DNA of 63,931 bases, the filler included, from Octopus bimaculoides (taxonomy: Eukaryota), in assembly GCF_001194135.2 (NCBI RefSeq). It is 7 parts of 6 records of this genome, joined end to end, with 100 filler letters (N's around TTAATTAATTAA, not from the genome) between each part and the next. Parts side by side here need not be neighbours in the genome. Positions count along the whole stretch, not along the records: positions 1 to 17,682 come from NC_068983.1; 6 more parts are not named here. One strand, written 5' to 3'. Both the position numbers and the translations under genes were made by a program. Of this stretch, positions 1 to 13,286 are shown piece by piece. The notes under the pieces are model-generated. The model did no database searches. It was not told the DNA's origin and saw only the letters and a program-made list of their open reading frames with translations. Position 1 is the first letter of the stretch. Every line of letters starts with the position of its first letter.

Positions 1-451
1 TATATATACACACACACACACACATACACACTCATATATACATAAGTGTGTATATTTCTGTACTTTTGCTTGTGTTTATATCATTATCAACATCATCCTC
101 TTCCTCATCCTCATTTTAACATCCATTTTCCAATGCTTTCCCGAGTCAGGCAGTATTCATTGAAGCAGATTTTCTACAGCCTGATGCCCTTCCTGTCACC
201 AATCAGCACCTGTTAGCAAGCAAGATGGTATTGTCCCTTGTTTACACACAAGAACAGAATATTGGAAATGAAGGACAGTACTCACATGATGATGTCACTT
301 GCTTACAATTCATATCATTTGTCAAGACAAGGAGACACAAACAAGCACATGCACTCACTCCAACAAGACATGCACACACATAGATGCAAACATATGCACA
401 TACATATGAATATATATATATTTGTGTGTGTGTATATACATAAATATATAT

Positions 452-585
452 TCTTTTATTCGTTTGACTGCGGCCATGCTGGAACACTGCCTTTTTAGTC
501 GAACAAATCAACCCCAGGACTTATTCTTTGTAAGCCTCCTACTTATTCTATCGGTCTCTTTTGCCAAATATCGGTTGTCACAAAC
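452..585 (-). mobile_element. CORE-type tRNA SINE (octopus OR-like family), 3' half
   Basis: Matches the ~400-bp family seen more than 15 times in the window (tttgactgcggccatgctgga...aaatcaaccccaggacttattctttgtaagcc...ggttgtca). Confidence 0.8.
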
Positions 586-626
586 ATATAGACACACACA
601 CACACACACACACAACACACACACAC

Positions 627-673
<47 letters not shown>

Positions 674-1879
674 AACACACNNNNNNNNNNNNNNNNNNNN
701 NNNNNNNNNNNNNNNNNNNNNNNNNNNNNNNNNNNNNNNNNNNNNNNNNNNNNNNNNNNNNNNNNNNNNNNNNNNNNNNNNNNNNNNNNNNNNNNNNNNN
801 NNNNNNNNNNNNNNNNNNNNNNNNNNNNNNNNNNNNNNNNNNNNNNNNNNNNNNNNNNNNNNNNNNNNNNNNNNNNNNNNNNNNNNNNNNNNNNNNNNNN
901 NNNNNNNNNNNNNNNNNNNNNNNNNNNNNNNNNNNNNNNNNNNNNNNNNNNNNNNNNNNNNNNNNNNNNNNNNNNNNNNNNNNNNNNNNNNNNNNNNNNN
1001 NNNNNNNNNNNNNNNNNNNNNNNNNNNNNNNNNNNNNNNNNNNNNNNNNNNNNNNNNNNNNNNNNNNNNNNNNNNNNNNNNNNNNNNNNNNNNNNNNNNN
1101 NNNNNNNNNNNNNNNNNNNNNNNNNNNNNNNNNNNNNNNNNNNNNNNNNNNNNNNNNNNNNNNNNNNNNNNNNNNNNNNNNNNNNNNNNNNNNNNNNNNN
1201 NNNNNNNNNATCTATCTATCTATCTATCTATTTATTTATCTATCTATCTATTTATGTATGTAACGTCGACCACTAACGTGGACAATTAATGCGCTAGAAA
1301 TAGATCACATCTTGTGTCTATTAAGACCTAAATTGTTCTCAACATGAAATATAGCAGCATACCAAAAACGTGAGCGGGCAAGACATTTAAAATCACCTAA
1401 AAAAGCATTATTAAACAGGAACTAGTTTCGGATTTAACAAATTCTTACCATTTGTCTATTCCTCATCAGCCTGATTTGTAATGACCTTAATCCCCTGAGA
1501 TTGCAGATAATATTTCTGAATCTCTTTGATTCTTTAGATGTGCTGGCCTCCTGATAATTAATCAATATTAATTAATATATGACTAATTACCAGATTTTAT
1601 AATAATATTTATGTATGTATGTATGTATGTATGTATGTATGAATGTATGTATAAAATTAAAATGTGATTCCTCCATTCTTGTTCATTGATATACGAGGAA
1701 TGACCTTGAATGTTAATTCTATTTGAATTCATTGGTATCTGATTGTTTGATGTAGTTAACCAAAATTGCTTAACCACTGAGTGCTTCCTAGATATCTGCC
1801 CTTTTACATCTTATTTTATATGTGTGTGAATGTGTGTGTGTGTGTGTGTGTGTGTGTTTGTGTGTGTGGATATATATAT

Positions 1880-2020
1880 GATGGGCTTTGTTCAGTTACC
1901 ATTTACCAAGGCTTTGGTTGGCCCAGAAATCATAGTAGAAAGCACTTTCCCAAGGTGGCACACTGTAGGATTGAACCCAAAATCATGTAGTTAGGAAGCA
2001 AACTTCTTAACCACAGCATA
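1880..2020 (-). mobile_element. CORE-type tRNA SINE, 5' half
   Basis: gggctttgttcagtt...ggcccagaaatcatagtagaaagcacttt cccaaggtggcaca...accacagc; same family as 21832-22222. Confidence 0.7.
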
Positions 2021-2792
2021 GTTATTTATAGGCATCTGGTTAAATATATGTGACTTGGTTGGAGTGTATATTTACCATAGTAATTGCATTTAGTCTGTAG
2101 TCAGCTATTTATAGATTAATGGTTAGCACAATATAGATTGGTCTGTGGGTGTACTTAGCATTCAGTGATGTGTCTGCTGTAGTATTCAACTATTTGTTGT
2201 GTAATGTGATGTTCATAGTTCTTGCATATTGATTAGAAATAAGCTGTTCATACACAAAAGGCACAAATTTAGCTGGTTGCTTTTCTATCAACCCCTGGAA
2301 GGATGTCAGGCAATGTCATACTTGATTGTATTTGAACTTTGTGAGAGATTAGAAATAATAATATCTAATGCTGATTTCTGACACTGGCCCAAGATGGTGA
2401 ATTTTAATAAGGAAGATACAGTTATTTAAATCAACAATGATTATCTTGTTATGGGTGGCAATTTGGTGTGGTTGGTCAAGTGTTGGTTAGAATGCTTTGC
2501 AGTATTCATTCCAGCTGTCTGTGCTCTGAGTTCCAATCTGACCAAGGTCAACTTTGCTGTTCATCATTTCAGGTTTGATAATTAAAGTTCCAATTCATAG
2601 TGCTGGAGTTGATTGTTTTCATACTTTTCACATTTTCTTTCTTTCACTTTCACTTTGGGAGAAATAAGCTATGTTCAGATCTGGTGAGAGCTGAGCTATG
2701 GACTTGTTTAATGTCAGTTTCTTTTACTATAGCCTCTGGCCTACCAAAGACCTGTGAGTGGATTTGGTAGATGGAAATTGAAAGAAACTGCT

Positions 2793-2833
<41 letters not shown>

Positions 2834-3237
2834 NNNNNNNNNNNNNNNNNNNNNNNNNNNNNNNNNNNNNNNNNNNNNNNNNNNNNNNNNNNNNNNNNNN
2901 NNNNNNNNNNNNNNNNNNNNNNNNNNNNNNNNNNNNNNNNNNNNNNNNNNNNNNNNNNNNNNNNNNNNNNNNNNNNNNNNNNNNNNNNNNNNNNNNNNNN
3001 NNNNNNNNNNNNNNNNNNNNNNNNNNNNNNNNNNNNNNNNNNNNNNNNNNNNNNNNNNNNNNNNNNNNNNNNNNNNNNNNNNNNNNNNNNNNNNNNNNNN
3101 NNNNNNNNNNNNNNNNNNNNNNNNNNNNNNNNNNNNNNNNNNNNNNNNNNNNNNNNNNNNNNNNNNNNNNNNNNNNNNNNNNNNNNNNNNNNNNNNNNNN
3201 NNNNNNNNNNNNNTATATATATATATATATATATATA

Positions 3238-3990
3238 TCATCATCATCATCATCATCATCACCATCTTTTAACGTCCATTTTCCATGCTGGCATGGGTTG
3301 GACGGTTCGACTGGGGTCTGGGAAGCCAGGAGGCAGCACCAGGTGCCAGTCTAATCTGGCAGTGTTTCTACAGCTAGATGTGCTTCCTAACACCAACCCC
3401 TCCGAGAGTGTAATGGGTGCCTTCTGCATGCCACTGGTACAGGGGCCAGAAGAGGCTGGCATTGGCCACAATTGGATGGTGCTTTTTACATGCCACCGGC
3501 ACGGAAGCCAGTCAAGGCGGCACTGGCATCAGCCACAGGATCACAACTACAATTTCCATTTGATTTTGATTTTGATGTTGATGTACTTGATTCAATAGGT
3601 CTCCTCAAGCACACCATGTCACCCTATGATCCAAGGTACTTTTGAGTGGGCTGGTTATGCGACACTGGTATAGGTTACAACCATGAACTCACTTTATTTG
3701 CCGGGTCTTCTCAGTCACAGCTTATCTCCAGAGGTCTCGGTCTTTCGTCATTGCCTCTGTGAGGCAGTTCGAAGGTCATGCTTTACCACATCATCCTATG
3801 TCTTCTTGGGTCTCCCTCCACCCCAGATTCCTTTAACTGTTTGGGAGTGGCACTTCTTCACACAACTCTCCTCATCCATCCATAGTACATGACCATACCA
3901 ATGCAAATATCTCTCTTGCACGTCACATCCGATGCTTCTTATGTCTAACATTTCTCTCAGGGTGCTTACACTCTGTCGTGTGTGCACACT
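3238..3990 (-). mobile_element. 5'-truncated RTE-clade LINE 3' end (RT C-terminus, 3' UTR, (GAT)n tail)
   Basis: Minus-strand ORF ...LREMLDIRSI...QERYLHWYGHVLWMDEESCVKKC...GGGRPKKT is the typical RTE RT C-terminus (RLxWYGHV...GRPxKTW). It is followed by the 3' UTR ending ...atggaaaatggacgttaaa(gat)n. Confidence 0.8.
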
Positions 3991-4295
3991 GGTCATTTCC
4001 TCACCAAATGTTTCATTGATATCACAGTTTCAGCTGCTTTACGTCCTTTTTTGAGTTGAGTAGCAAAATTGCTCAAATATTGTGCTTTCACAGTTCCATT
4101 TCAGACGATTGTAACAATGGGGAAAAATATCAATGTTAATTTATTGATGCTTTTGGGCAAGTCTCTTTCTGTATTATGAAACAATTGCAAAAAAATGTTT
4201 TAAAAAAAGTTCAAAACACTGCAAAAGTTCTTCATTGTTCAAAATGTTGCTTAGTTTATACTCAACCTGATATGTATATATCAGGTTGATATATA

Positions 4296-4342
<47 letters not shown>

Positions 4343-4343
<1 letters not shown>

Positions 4344-4620
4344 CATCATCATCATCATTTAACGTCCATTGTCCATGCTGGCATGGATTGGATGGTTTGA
4401 CTAGGGCTGGCAACCTGGAAGGCTGCACCAGACTTCAATCTGATTTGGCAGGGTTTTCTACGGCTGGATGCCCTTCCTAATGCCAACCACTCTGAGAGTG
4501 TAATGAGTGTTTTACATGCCATCGGCATAGAAGCCATTTACATGACACCAGTATCTACCACAACTATAATATTCTTCATCTTGATGGGTCTTCTCAAGCA
4601 TGACATAATGCCAAAGATCT
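4343..4620 (-). mobile_element. RTE-type 3' tail element
   Basis: (cat)n-tttaacgtccattgtccatgctggcatgg...gctggatgcccttcctaatgccaaccact; same 3' UTR as 3238-3600. Confidence 0.75.
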
Positions 4621-4621
4621 C

Positions 4622-4852
4622 ATTTATTTCTTCATTGCCCACAGGGGGCTAAACATACAGGGGGCACACAAGGACAGACAAAGGGATTAAGTCAATTACA
4701 TTGACCCCAGTGTGTAACTGGTACTTATTTAAACAAACCCCGAAAGGATGAAAGGCAAAGTTGACCTTGGTGGAATTTGAACTCAGAACGTAACGGCAGA
4801 CAAAATATCGCTAAGCATTTCGCCCGGTGTGCTAACACTTCCACCAGCTCAC
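4622..4852 (-). mobile_element. tRNA-derived SINE (~220-bp family with ctttgcctttcatcctttcggggtcgataaa core; MetaSINE-like by inference)
   Basis: aaaggatgaaaggcaaagttgaccttggtggaatttgaactcagaacgtaacggcagac...gctaagcatttcgcccggtgtgctaac; family recurs more than 25 times. Confidence 0.75.
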
Positions 4853-4961
4853 TACCTTGAAGGTCTCAGTTATTGCCTCCGTGAAGCCCGTCACTTGAAA
4901 GAAACTCAGCCACTTTGCCTCCGTGAGGCTCAACATTTGAAAGGTACTCAGCCATGTATAC

Positions 4962-5009
<48 letters not shown>

Positions 5010-5589
5010 GTGTTATATATATATATATATATATATACCACAGGCTTCTTTCAGTTTCCATCTACCAAATTCACTCGCAAAGCTTTGGTCAGCCTGAGGC
5101 TATAATAGAAGACTTTAGCCCAAGGTACCACATGGTGCGACTGAACCTGGAACTATGTGGTTGAGAAGCAAGCTTCTTATCACACACCCATGCCTGCACC
5201 TATATATATATATATATCATTTAATATACTCAATTACAAAAGAGCTACTAATAATTTCATGCTTTATGATATATTAAATTGGCATATTTATATGACATGC
5301 TATGTATCTCCAAGTAATCCTTCAGGTTCAGTTCAAATTGTTAGATGTATTCAAAACCAGGATGCAGGGCTATGAGAAAACATGAGAAAAAACAAAAGAA
5401 GAAAAAAAAACAAATAGAAATAAATGTGAAGAAGGTCAATGCAAAGAATGGAATGAGAAGAAAGAAAAGAAAAGTAAGAGAACCAAGATTTTTGTCCTCT
5501 CTCTGCAGAAACCGTGATTAACATAGTTGGTAAAGAATAATATAAAAGAAAGGAGACCAAAGTCTGTGAGATAACTACTCAATCCCTGT

Positions 5590-5995
5590 CTTATTGTATA
5601 CTCAGAACTACAATATACATTAAGACAGTAGAGAGTAATCAGGAGATCTGATTGTCGTTTCTAGCATAATATGGAGCTAAGGCAAAGAACAAATCAAGTT
5701 CCGATTAGAGAACAAATATTTAAGAGAAAGCGGAAGTGGATTGGTAGCACAATTAGAAAGGACACACCAAATGCAGTGAAAAGCGCTTTACAGTGGAATC
5801 CAGATGGATATAGAAAGAGGGGTAGGCCTAAGAACTCGTGGCGTAGATCAACACAAAAGGAACTAGAGAAAGGGGGGGGGGGCATTCATGGCAGAGTATA
5901 AGTACAGAAGCAAGAAATTATGCGACATGGAATTCAATTATAAGTGGCCTATACTCCACGTTGGAGGGTTAAAGGCAAGAAAGAAAAAAGTGTGG
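5590..5995 (+). mobile_element. RTE-like LINE 3' end (second family)
   Basis: ORF 5671-5901 ...KRKRKWIGSTIRKDTPNAVKSALQWNPDGYRKRGRPKNSWRRS matches the RTE RT C-terminal WIGH..R...AL.WNP.G.R.RGRP..SWRR motif; followed by an A-rich tail. Confidence 0.8.
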
Positions 5996-6307
5996 CTGTA
6001 TGGAATGTTGCCTCATTGTGTATATGTTTATATTGGTTGTACTTCTAAATGGCCACACACAAGTGACTGAACCCAGTAAAGGAGTAGAATATATATAGTT
6101 TGTATATGTATGTTTGTGTGTATGTGATAGTATATGTACGTGTTTGTGTATACATACATATCCATATATATGCACATACAAATGTGTATATATGTGTGTT
6201 TGTGAAAGGGAGAGTGTGAGTACAGAGTTTCTGAGATATACACACACATCTCTCTTACAAATATTTGGTTTTATGCCAATTCAAAAGAAATCAATATTAC
6301 ATGCAAC

Positions 6308-6795
6308 ACGAGGCAGTGAGCTGATAGAATCATTAGAGCATTGGAGAAAATGCTTTGTGACATTTGTTCCGGCTCTTTATGTTTTGAATTCAAATCACAC
6401 TAAAGTCAACTTTACCTTTCATTCACGTAAAGTTTCTTTCTTGAGTCATACTGACTCATAAGAGTTAGTTTCCCAGTTTCATGGTGAATATGTTCTCCAC
6501 CTGGATGGGATGCCAGTCTGTGGCAGGATGATTCATATTTGCCAGCTGAGCAGATTGGAATATGATGAAATGAAGTGTTTTGCTTAAGAACACAATGTAT
6601 CGCCGAGTCCAGGAATCAAAACCACAATTTTATGATCATGAGTTCAACACTAAACATTAAGCTACATGCCTCAACTTGCCTTTCATTGCTCCAGGGTCGA
6701 TAAAATAAAGTACTAGTCAAGTATTGGAACTAATGCAATCAACTAACCTTATGTCCTTACAATTGTTGGACTTAAGCCCAAATTTGAAACAAATA
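6308..6795 (+). mobile_element. ~220-bp tRNA SINE interrupted by a nested CORE-type SINE (6424-6671, minus strand)
   Basis: Host SINE is split at its core; imperfect TSD caactttacctttcatt (6407-6423) / caacttgcctttcatt (6672-6687). The insert matches 26592-26855. Confidence 0.7.
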
Positions 6796-7164
6796 TTACA
6801 TACAACAGCCTTGATTACAAAATAACTTCCTAAAGTTTAAATAGTAACCAACCCAAAACCTAAAACCCAAGTCCTGTGATGCCCCCTTAGTGCAATGTAA
6901 CCAATAAGAATGCTGGTGAAGGTATGTGGCCTAATGACTCGGGTGTGAGGCTCATGATCATAAGGGCATGGTTTCAATTTATGGAGCATGCAACATGTGT
7001 GTGCCTCTGATCAAGGCAATCATGGCTGTGCAGTTATGAAACTTACTTCCTGACCATTTGGTTTCTGGTTCAGTTTCACTTCATGGCACTTGAAGGCCCC
7101 GAACCTATCAAAATTTTGTGAGTAGAATTGGTAGATGGAAACTCAAAGAAGTTCATCAAATATA

Positions 7165-7435
7165 TATGTATGCATGTGTGTGTGTGAGTGCATGTGTGTG
7201 TGTGTGCGTGTGTGCATATGTGTGCATGCATGTGTGTTTGTGTGTGTATGTATGTATGTATGTATGTATGTATATATGTATATGTGTGTGTATGTGTGCA
7301 TGTGTTTGCATGTGTGTGTATGTGTGTGTATGTGTGTGTGCATGTGTGTGGATATGTGCATGCATGTGTGTGTGCATGTGTGTATGTATGTGTGCATGTA
7401 TGTGTGTGTGTATGTGTGTGTGTTTGTGTTTGTAC
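7165..7435. repeat. Compound (TG)n/(TATG)n microsatellite inside a composite SINE
   Basis: Simple repeat visible directly; explains ORFs 7076-7584. Confidence 0.95.
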
Positions 7436-8902
7436 ACCCACATTTTGACATCACCTGATAGTTGTAAACAAGTGTCACTGTTATACAAGCAGTGTCTTTC
7501 ATTTCCACTATGAAAATCATATCTGATCATAGGGAAATATAACCTTGCTTGAAAAGAAGTGAGGGTTGGTGACAGGAAGGGCATCTAGACATGAAAAATC
7601 TGCCTTGACAAGTTGCATCTGATCCACTCAAGAATGAAAAAGTGGACATGATTGTGATGATGATGATAATGAGGATGACGATAATGATAATGACAATGAC
7701 AATAATGGCAATGACTATGATGATGACAATAACAACAATGATGATGATGATGGCAATGAAGACAATGACGATGATGTCAACAACAGCTGTCCAGTTTACC
7801 AAACTGTAGTATATGTATGGAGAAGAACAGTGGAGAAAGTTGAGATTCATGATAAACAAAATTTCGTACACTCAGAAAATGCAGTCATTACTATGAATGA
7901 CAAAGCATTGAGAGAGTTTAAATGCTATTGTTTTTGGTGTGATTGTATTAGCAGTCAAAGTGTGGTTAGTTGGTGCTAGTGTTGCTGTCATTGTTTGTCA
8001 TTGTTTAGCAGCTGTCAGCTTAGGTCAGCAGTTGTCTGCATTTGTTTGTTACCTTGTCTCTGCTGTATTTAGATACTCTCTGTCAAGTAGCTAAGGTATG
8101 CTGAATTTATAGTGCTAGATAGGCTCAAAGAGAAAGGCATGGAAAGATGGAATTGTTGCTGGAGCCAGTTCTAGGTGAAGTTGTGATTGGTTAGATTTTT
8201 TTATCACATGAATAACATTCTAGCAAATCGCAACATCAGGTGCAGTGATCTGATTGATGAATATTTCCACTACATATGTACTATCAGGTGCTTTCCTCCA
8301 TCTGTCACATCCTAGATGTTCCATTAAGCCAAGGTAAAAGGAAGAAAGGATGTCTGTATCTACATGCAACAAGTAGGTACCTAGAACAATTAGCAAAAGC
8401 ATGGTACATGCTAGCAAGCCAGAATCACATTCAAGTGATAACTGACTGTGTTTGATAGATGAAATTCTCTACCACCTTTGCAGTTAAAATATCCATCATA
8501 TAAGAACTTTTTTGTTTACTGAATAGTATTCCAGAATCCACTTTATATACCAAAGAGGAAGTTTCTATATAGTCAATGAATCTTGTTGAAATAGAAGTCA
8601 AATATCTCCCAAATTCCACTGTTATCTTTGAAAAAGATATAGTGGATAATCTAGTAATAGATATTCAACAGATGAGATGGATACAGCTGGAAATCTTTCA
8701 ATCAAAGGTCAACTTGATCAAGGTATAAATAATGGTCTTTACATATTCCTTTATTCTTGCAAATTTGACTTACATCTGTTTCGAATGGTCATTATAGGTT
8801 CATTCATCAACCTGCTTACTCAATCAGTTCATTGATGAGCTGAGAAAAATTGAATGACTTTAGACAAGTTAATGCTATTTTTGTCAATACATCAACACAT
8901 CA

Positions 8903-9287
8903 TTACTGTTGGCACTCCATCACTTATGACATCGAGGGTTCCAGTTGATCTGATCAACGGAACAGCCTGCTGGTGAAATTAATGTGCAAGTGGCTGAGCA
9001 TTCCACAGACATGTATACCCTTAACGTAGTTCTGGGGGGATATTCAGCGTGACACAGTGTGACAAGGCTGTCCCTTTGAAATACAGGTACAAAAGAAACA
9101 GGAAGAAAGAGTGAGAGAAAGTTGTGGTGAAAGAGTACAGCAGGGTTTGCCACCATCCCCTGCCGGAGCCTCGTGGAGCTTTAGGTGTTTTCGCTCAATA
9201 AACACCCACAACGCCCGGTTTGGGAATTGAAACCGCGATCCTATGACCGCGAGTCCGCTGCCCTAACCAATGGGCCATTGCGCCTCC
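8903..9287 (-). mobile_element. Full-length ~385-bp tRNA-derived SINE with 14-bp TSD
   Basis: Minus-strand head TGGAGGCGCAATGGCCCATTGGTTAGGGCAGCGGACTCGCGGTCATAGGATCGCGGTTTCAATTCCC with A/B-box-like motifs. TSD acatcaacacatca at 8889-8902 and 9288-9301. Similar copy at 53305-53686. Confidence 0.9.
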
Positions 9288-9738
9288 ACATCAACACATC
9301 AAATACCTATCTAAATATATAAATAGCTAGCTCATTTAGAGGAGTGGTAAAAGTAATAGTAGAAAAGATAGAAAGAGAAAACTATGATTATGTAAGCCAA
9401 TAATTGTAGGAAGTTGATGATTGAATCTTTACTAATTAATCAGTTGAATGATCTTCTTTAATGAATACAAAATTAGTTATTTTACAAAATAAAGAAAAAT
9501 AAAAAACTCATTGAAATTCTTCATTACTTAGACAATTAATTGAAACAGGCATTAATGTATGGTGAGAAAATTTGCTTCACAACCATGCAGCATCCTGAAT
9601 AAATACCTTCTACTATAGAACTTCAGGTCAACAAATGCCTTGTAAGTGAAATTTGTTAGACATAAGCTATTTGGAACTGAGTGATATATATGTATATGTA
9701 CATATATTTATATCTGTATCTATATCTCTCTATTCATT

Positions 9739-9804
<66 letters not shown>

Positions 9805-9830
9805 TATATAAATATACATATTTGTGTGTG

Positions 9831-9866
<36 letters not shown>

Positions 9867-10014
9867 NNNNNNNNNNNNNNNNNNNNNNNNNNNNNNNNNN
9901 NNNNNNNNNNNNNNNNNNNNNNNNNNNNNNNNNNNNNNNNNNNNNNNNNNNNNNNNNNNNNNNNNNNNNNNNNNNNNNNNNNNNNNNNNNNNNNNNNNNN
10001 NNNNNNNGGTGACA

Positions 10015-10218
10015 GCTGGTTTATGGGATTACCTTAGGTTTCCCCTTCATAAAAGATTTAGCTTTATGGCATATCGTCAGATCCCAAAACTTGTTGGTCC
10101 ATGACCTCTTAACCATATTCTTAAGGGGCCTTGGACCAACAGGTTTTGGGATCTGACGATATGCGATAAAGCTAAATCTTTCATGGACGGGAAACCTAAG
10201 GTAATCCCATAAACCGGC
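10015..10218. repeat. Long inverted repeat (about 98-bp arms, 8-nt loop)
   Basis: 10015-10112 is the reverse complement of 10121-10218 with about 9 mismatches; loop ccatattc. Confidence 0.95.
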
Positions 10219-10429
10219 TTTCCCCAATTTTGATATATACTGCTCTGTATTTTAGAGTGTGCTTCTTTTGGATTTTGCAGACCCTCCCCCCACAAATTCA
10301 ACAAAAAAAGTACTCCGTCTGGTGGCTTCAAAAATAAATTAATATATTAATAATCATCAAAATATTAATTATAGACCTAGTGGCATCAAAGATAAAGTAA
10401 TACATAACCCCTCTAGTACTAATAAGAAT

Positions 10430-10838
10430 GATAATAAGAAACCTAAAAATAGGCCAAGGAAAATTATTTGGTTTGCCTCTTTCTTTTCCTTGTGTATAAA
10501 AACTAACATAGGTAAAAGATTGCTGTCTTTCCTAAACAAACACTTTTCAGCAACTCACAGATATAGGAAAATATTTAATAGGCATTCTGTGAAATTATCA
10601 TATAGCTGCTGCCCCAAAATGAAGAGTATCATTACACATGGTCAATACCAAAATCCAATTGCAACTGTTGCAATTCAGTATCCTGTCCACTTGGCCAATG
10701 ATGTATGATTAAATCTATCATATACGAGGCAGAAGTTACTGAAACCCTAAATAACAATACAACTGATAAGTAAACCTATATTGGATTATGCCAAAGTGAA
10801 TTTAAAAAGCACTATGCCAATCACATAGTCTCCTTCTG
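10430..10838 (+). mobile_element. Penelope-like element fragment (RT linker plus GIY-YIG endonuclease), decayed
   Basis: RPRKIIWF...KTNIGKRLLSFLNKHF...RKIFNRHSVKLSYSCCPKMKSII, then a frameshift to CNCCNSVSCPLGQ*CMIKSIIYEAEV...TYIGLCQSEFKKHYANH. Shows the PLE CxC..CPL..C and IY...YIG GIY-YIG motifs. Confidence 0.85.
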
Positions 10839-11020
10839 ACTGTGGCCATGCTGGAGCACCACCTTTTAGTTGAATAAATTGACCCCAGGATTTATTCTTT
10901 GTAAGCCTGGTACTTATTCTATCAATCTCTTTTTCCAAACCACTAAGTTATGGGGACATAAACAAACCAACATTGGTTGTCAAGCGATGGTGGTGGGACA
11001 AACACAGACACACAATTACA

Positions 11021-11061
<41 letters not shown>

Positions 11062-11244
11062 ATATATATATATCTATATACAATGTGCTTCTTTCAGTTT
11101 CCATCTACCAAATCCAATCACAAGGCTTTAGTCAGCCCTTAGCTATAGTAGAAGACACTTGCCCAAGGTGCCACAGAGTAGGACTGAACCTGGAACCATG
11201 TGGTTGCGAAGCAAGCTTTTTACCACACAGCCACTCCTGCGCCT
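10838..11244 (-). mobile_element. Near full-length CORE-type tRNA SINE
   Basis: Both halves, separated by an internal (TA)n tract; 5' end ...ccacacagccactcctgcgcct. Confidence 0.85.
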
Positions 11245-11759
11245 GTTAATATTGAGCATGCAAAAAAAAAAAAAAAAAAAGGTCAAATGTTTGTATTTGT
11301 GTTTATGACTTGCAATTTAGTGGCTCAACAAATAAGTACCAGGCTGGATATGATCAGTCATATCTTTGGAATTTGATTTTCTAGTATGGCCATGCAGTCC
11401 AATGACTGGAATCAATAAAAGAAGGCCAGAAGAAAAGAAAGTATTTATTTTTACAATTCTTGTTAAAACTCAAGACCAAAAGAATAGAGAATAGCTAAAG
11501 ACATTTATGTGTTACATAACTAAGATGCGACTCTATTGGTAGTTGTTAATTAACAAATTCTTAATCAGAGATTGATACCATCAGTAATAACACTGTCCAT
11601 AAAACAGTGGACCAAATATAGACAGACTATAGAACACCAGGACAAGAGTCATGTATTTTTATATAAACTATTGAATTGTATGGTTGGCTTGCAGCCGTGT
11701 GTAGCAGCTATCCATCTAGTAGCAATAAAACTTTGATACGTAATGTCTTCCTCCATCTT

Positions 11760-11772
11760 TTACTACTACTAT

Positions 11773-11803
<31 letters not shown>

Positions 11804-12114
11804 GGTTCTTGTCATCATCTTCAACAACAACATCACAAAGCCATAACTATTTATCCTCTATGAATTATGTATTTTTTTCAGTTGTTGTTGATATCACCAT
11901 CATAACCACAGATGCCATTACCATCACCATCACCATCACCATCACCACTACCATTGCTATCACCATCACCATCATCATCGTTGTCAGCGTCGTCATCGTC
12001 ATTATTGTCAGCTGTTATCATCATCATCATCATCATTTTTGTTGCTATCATCATCATCATCATCTTCATCATCCTTGTCATCATCATCATTATCACCATT
12101 CTCCTCCTCCTCCA

Positions 12115-12166
<52 letters not shown>

Positions 12167-12205
12167 AGCAGCATCAACATCATCATTGCTGTCATCATTA
12201 TCATT
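11760..12205. repeat. Compound trinucleotide repeats (TAC, ACC, CAT, CAG)
   Basis: Visible directly; produces the poly-His, poly-Ile and poly-Met ORFs 11809-12390. Confidence 0.95.
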
Positions 12206-13286
12206 TTACTGATTGTACTGTATTTGATTTTCTTATTTCAATGTTAACATATATTTTGAAGATTGTCGTTCCATGGTTAAAATACAAAAACAAACAAAAA
12301 AAAAATGCTACAAGTTCAAAGCCTGCTATTAGTTATTGCTGCGTGGCTTTTACACAAGACATACTGGAATTTATTCTGTACAAAGAATAAATAATTGATG
12401 GTTAATTGCCAGATCGTAGACTTTCTCAGCTGAAACACGTTCAATCAAAGTTAAAGTCTAAAAACATTAATTTTGATTGGACATACTTTGAGAGAATCAA
12501 ATGTATTATTAGTCACTCATTTGAATCCCTCAAATAGTGCTTTGCTAACTTATCACGTTGGAAGACGTTTGTGAAAGTCACACATTTCCTGAATTAATGA
12601 GGACCTAACTCTGTTATAATATTACATCTAAGGAAGGGAGTCATCGTTGTCGTCATCATCATTATCATCAACTTTGTAATTTTACATTCACCATCTGTGC
12701 TGGCATAGATTTTACAGGTTATTTCTGCTCCTGTAGATAGGTTTAGTAGAGAACATCACAACCATAAGTTTAATTCTTGTCTTAAATTTTTTTTTTTTTT
12801 TACATGGCTAGATGATCTTAACACCAATTACTTTACAGAATACATTTTGTTGCGATATTATTTCTAACAACGTTGTCACACTTTTCGCAAGTTGAAAGGA
12901 GTCTTCCCAGCTCTGCACTTAATTGAATATGTTGGGAATATTTTATTGTGGTACTAGCAATATCTATTTATTTCATGAATGAATATGTTATTTGAGGTAT
13001 GGTTTTTCCAGTATGAAACCCTTCATAATGCTCACCGCTAACTGTTTTTCAAGTAAGAGATCACCTAATCTGCATGACTTTGAAAGCATCGTGGGTCTGT
13101 ACAATTTGTTGATAGCAGAAACTGTCTGCAACATTTCCCAGTGCTCTTTAACATATGTGACTGCAAATGCAAAGTACAAACTCATGGATGTACACATTAA
13201 TACACACACACACACATATACACACACACAAATGCATATATATATTAGATTGTATATACATACAAATGCATATGTATATATACTCT

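Noticed and set aside
4263-4290. 28-bp palindrome tcaacctgatat-gtat-atatcaggttga
   Set aside because: Short and centred on a TA tract; expected occasionally and without supporting context.
8220-8740. Two adjacent minus-strand ORFs and a small plus-strand exon candidate
   Set aside because: No recognisable homology and no consistent splice or phase support.
10220-10840. Hammerhead ribozyme associated with the Penelope-like fragment
   Set aside because: No CTGANGA...GAAA core with flanking stems was seen by eye; an Infernal search would be needed.
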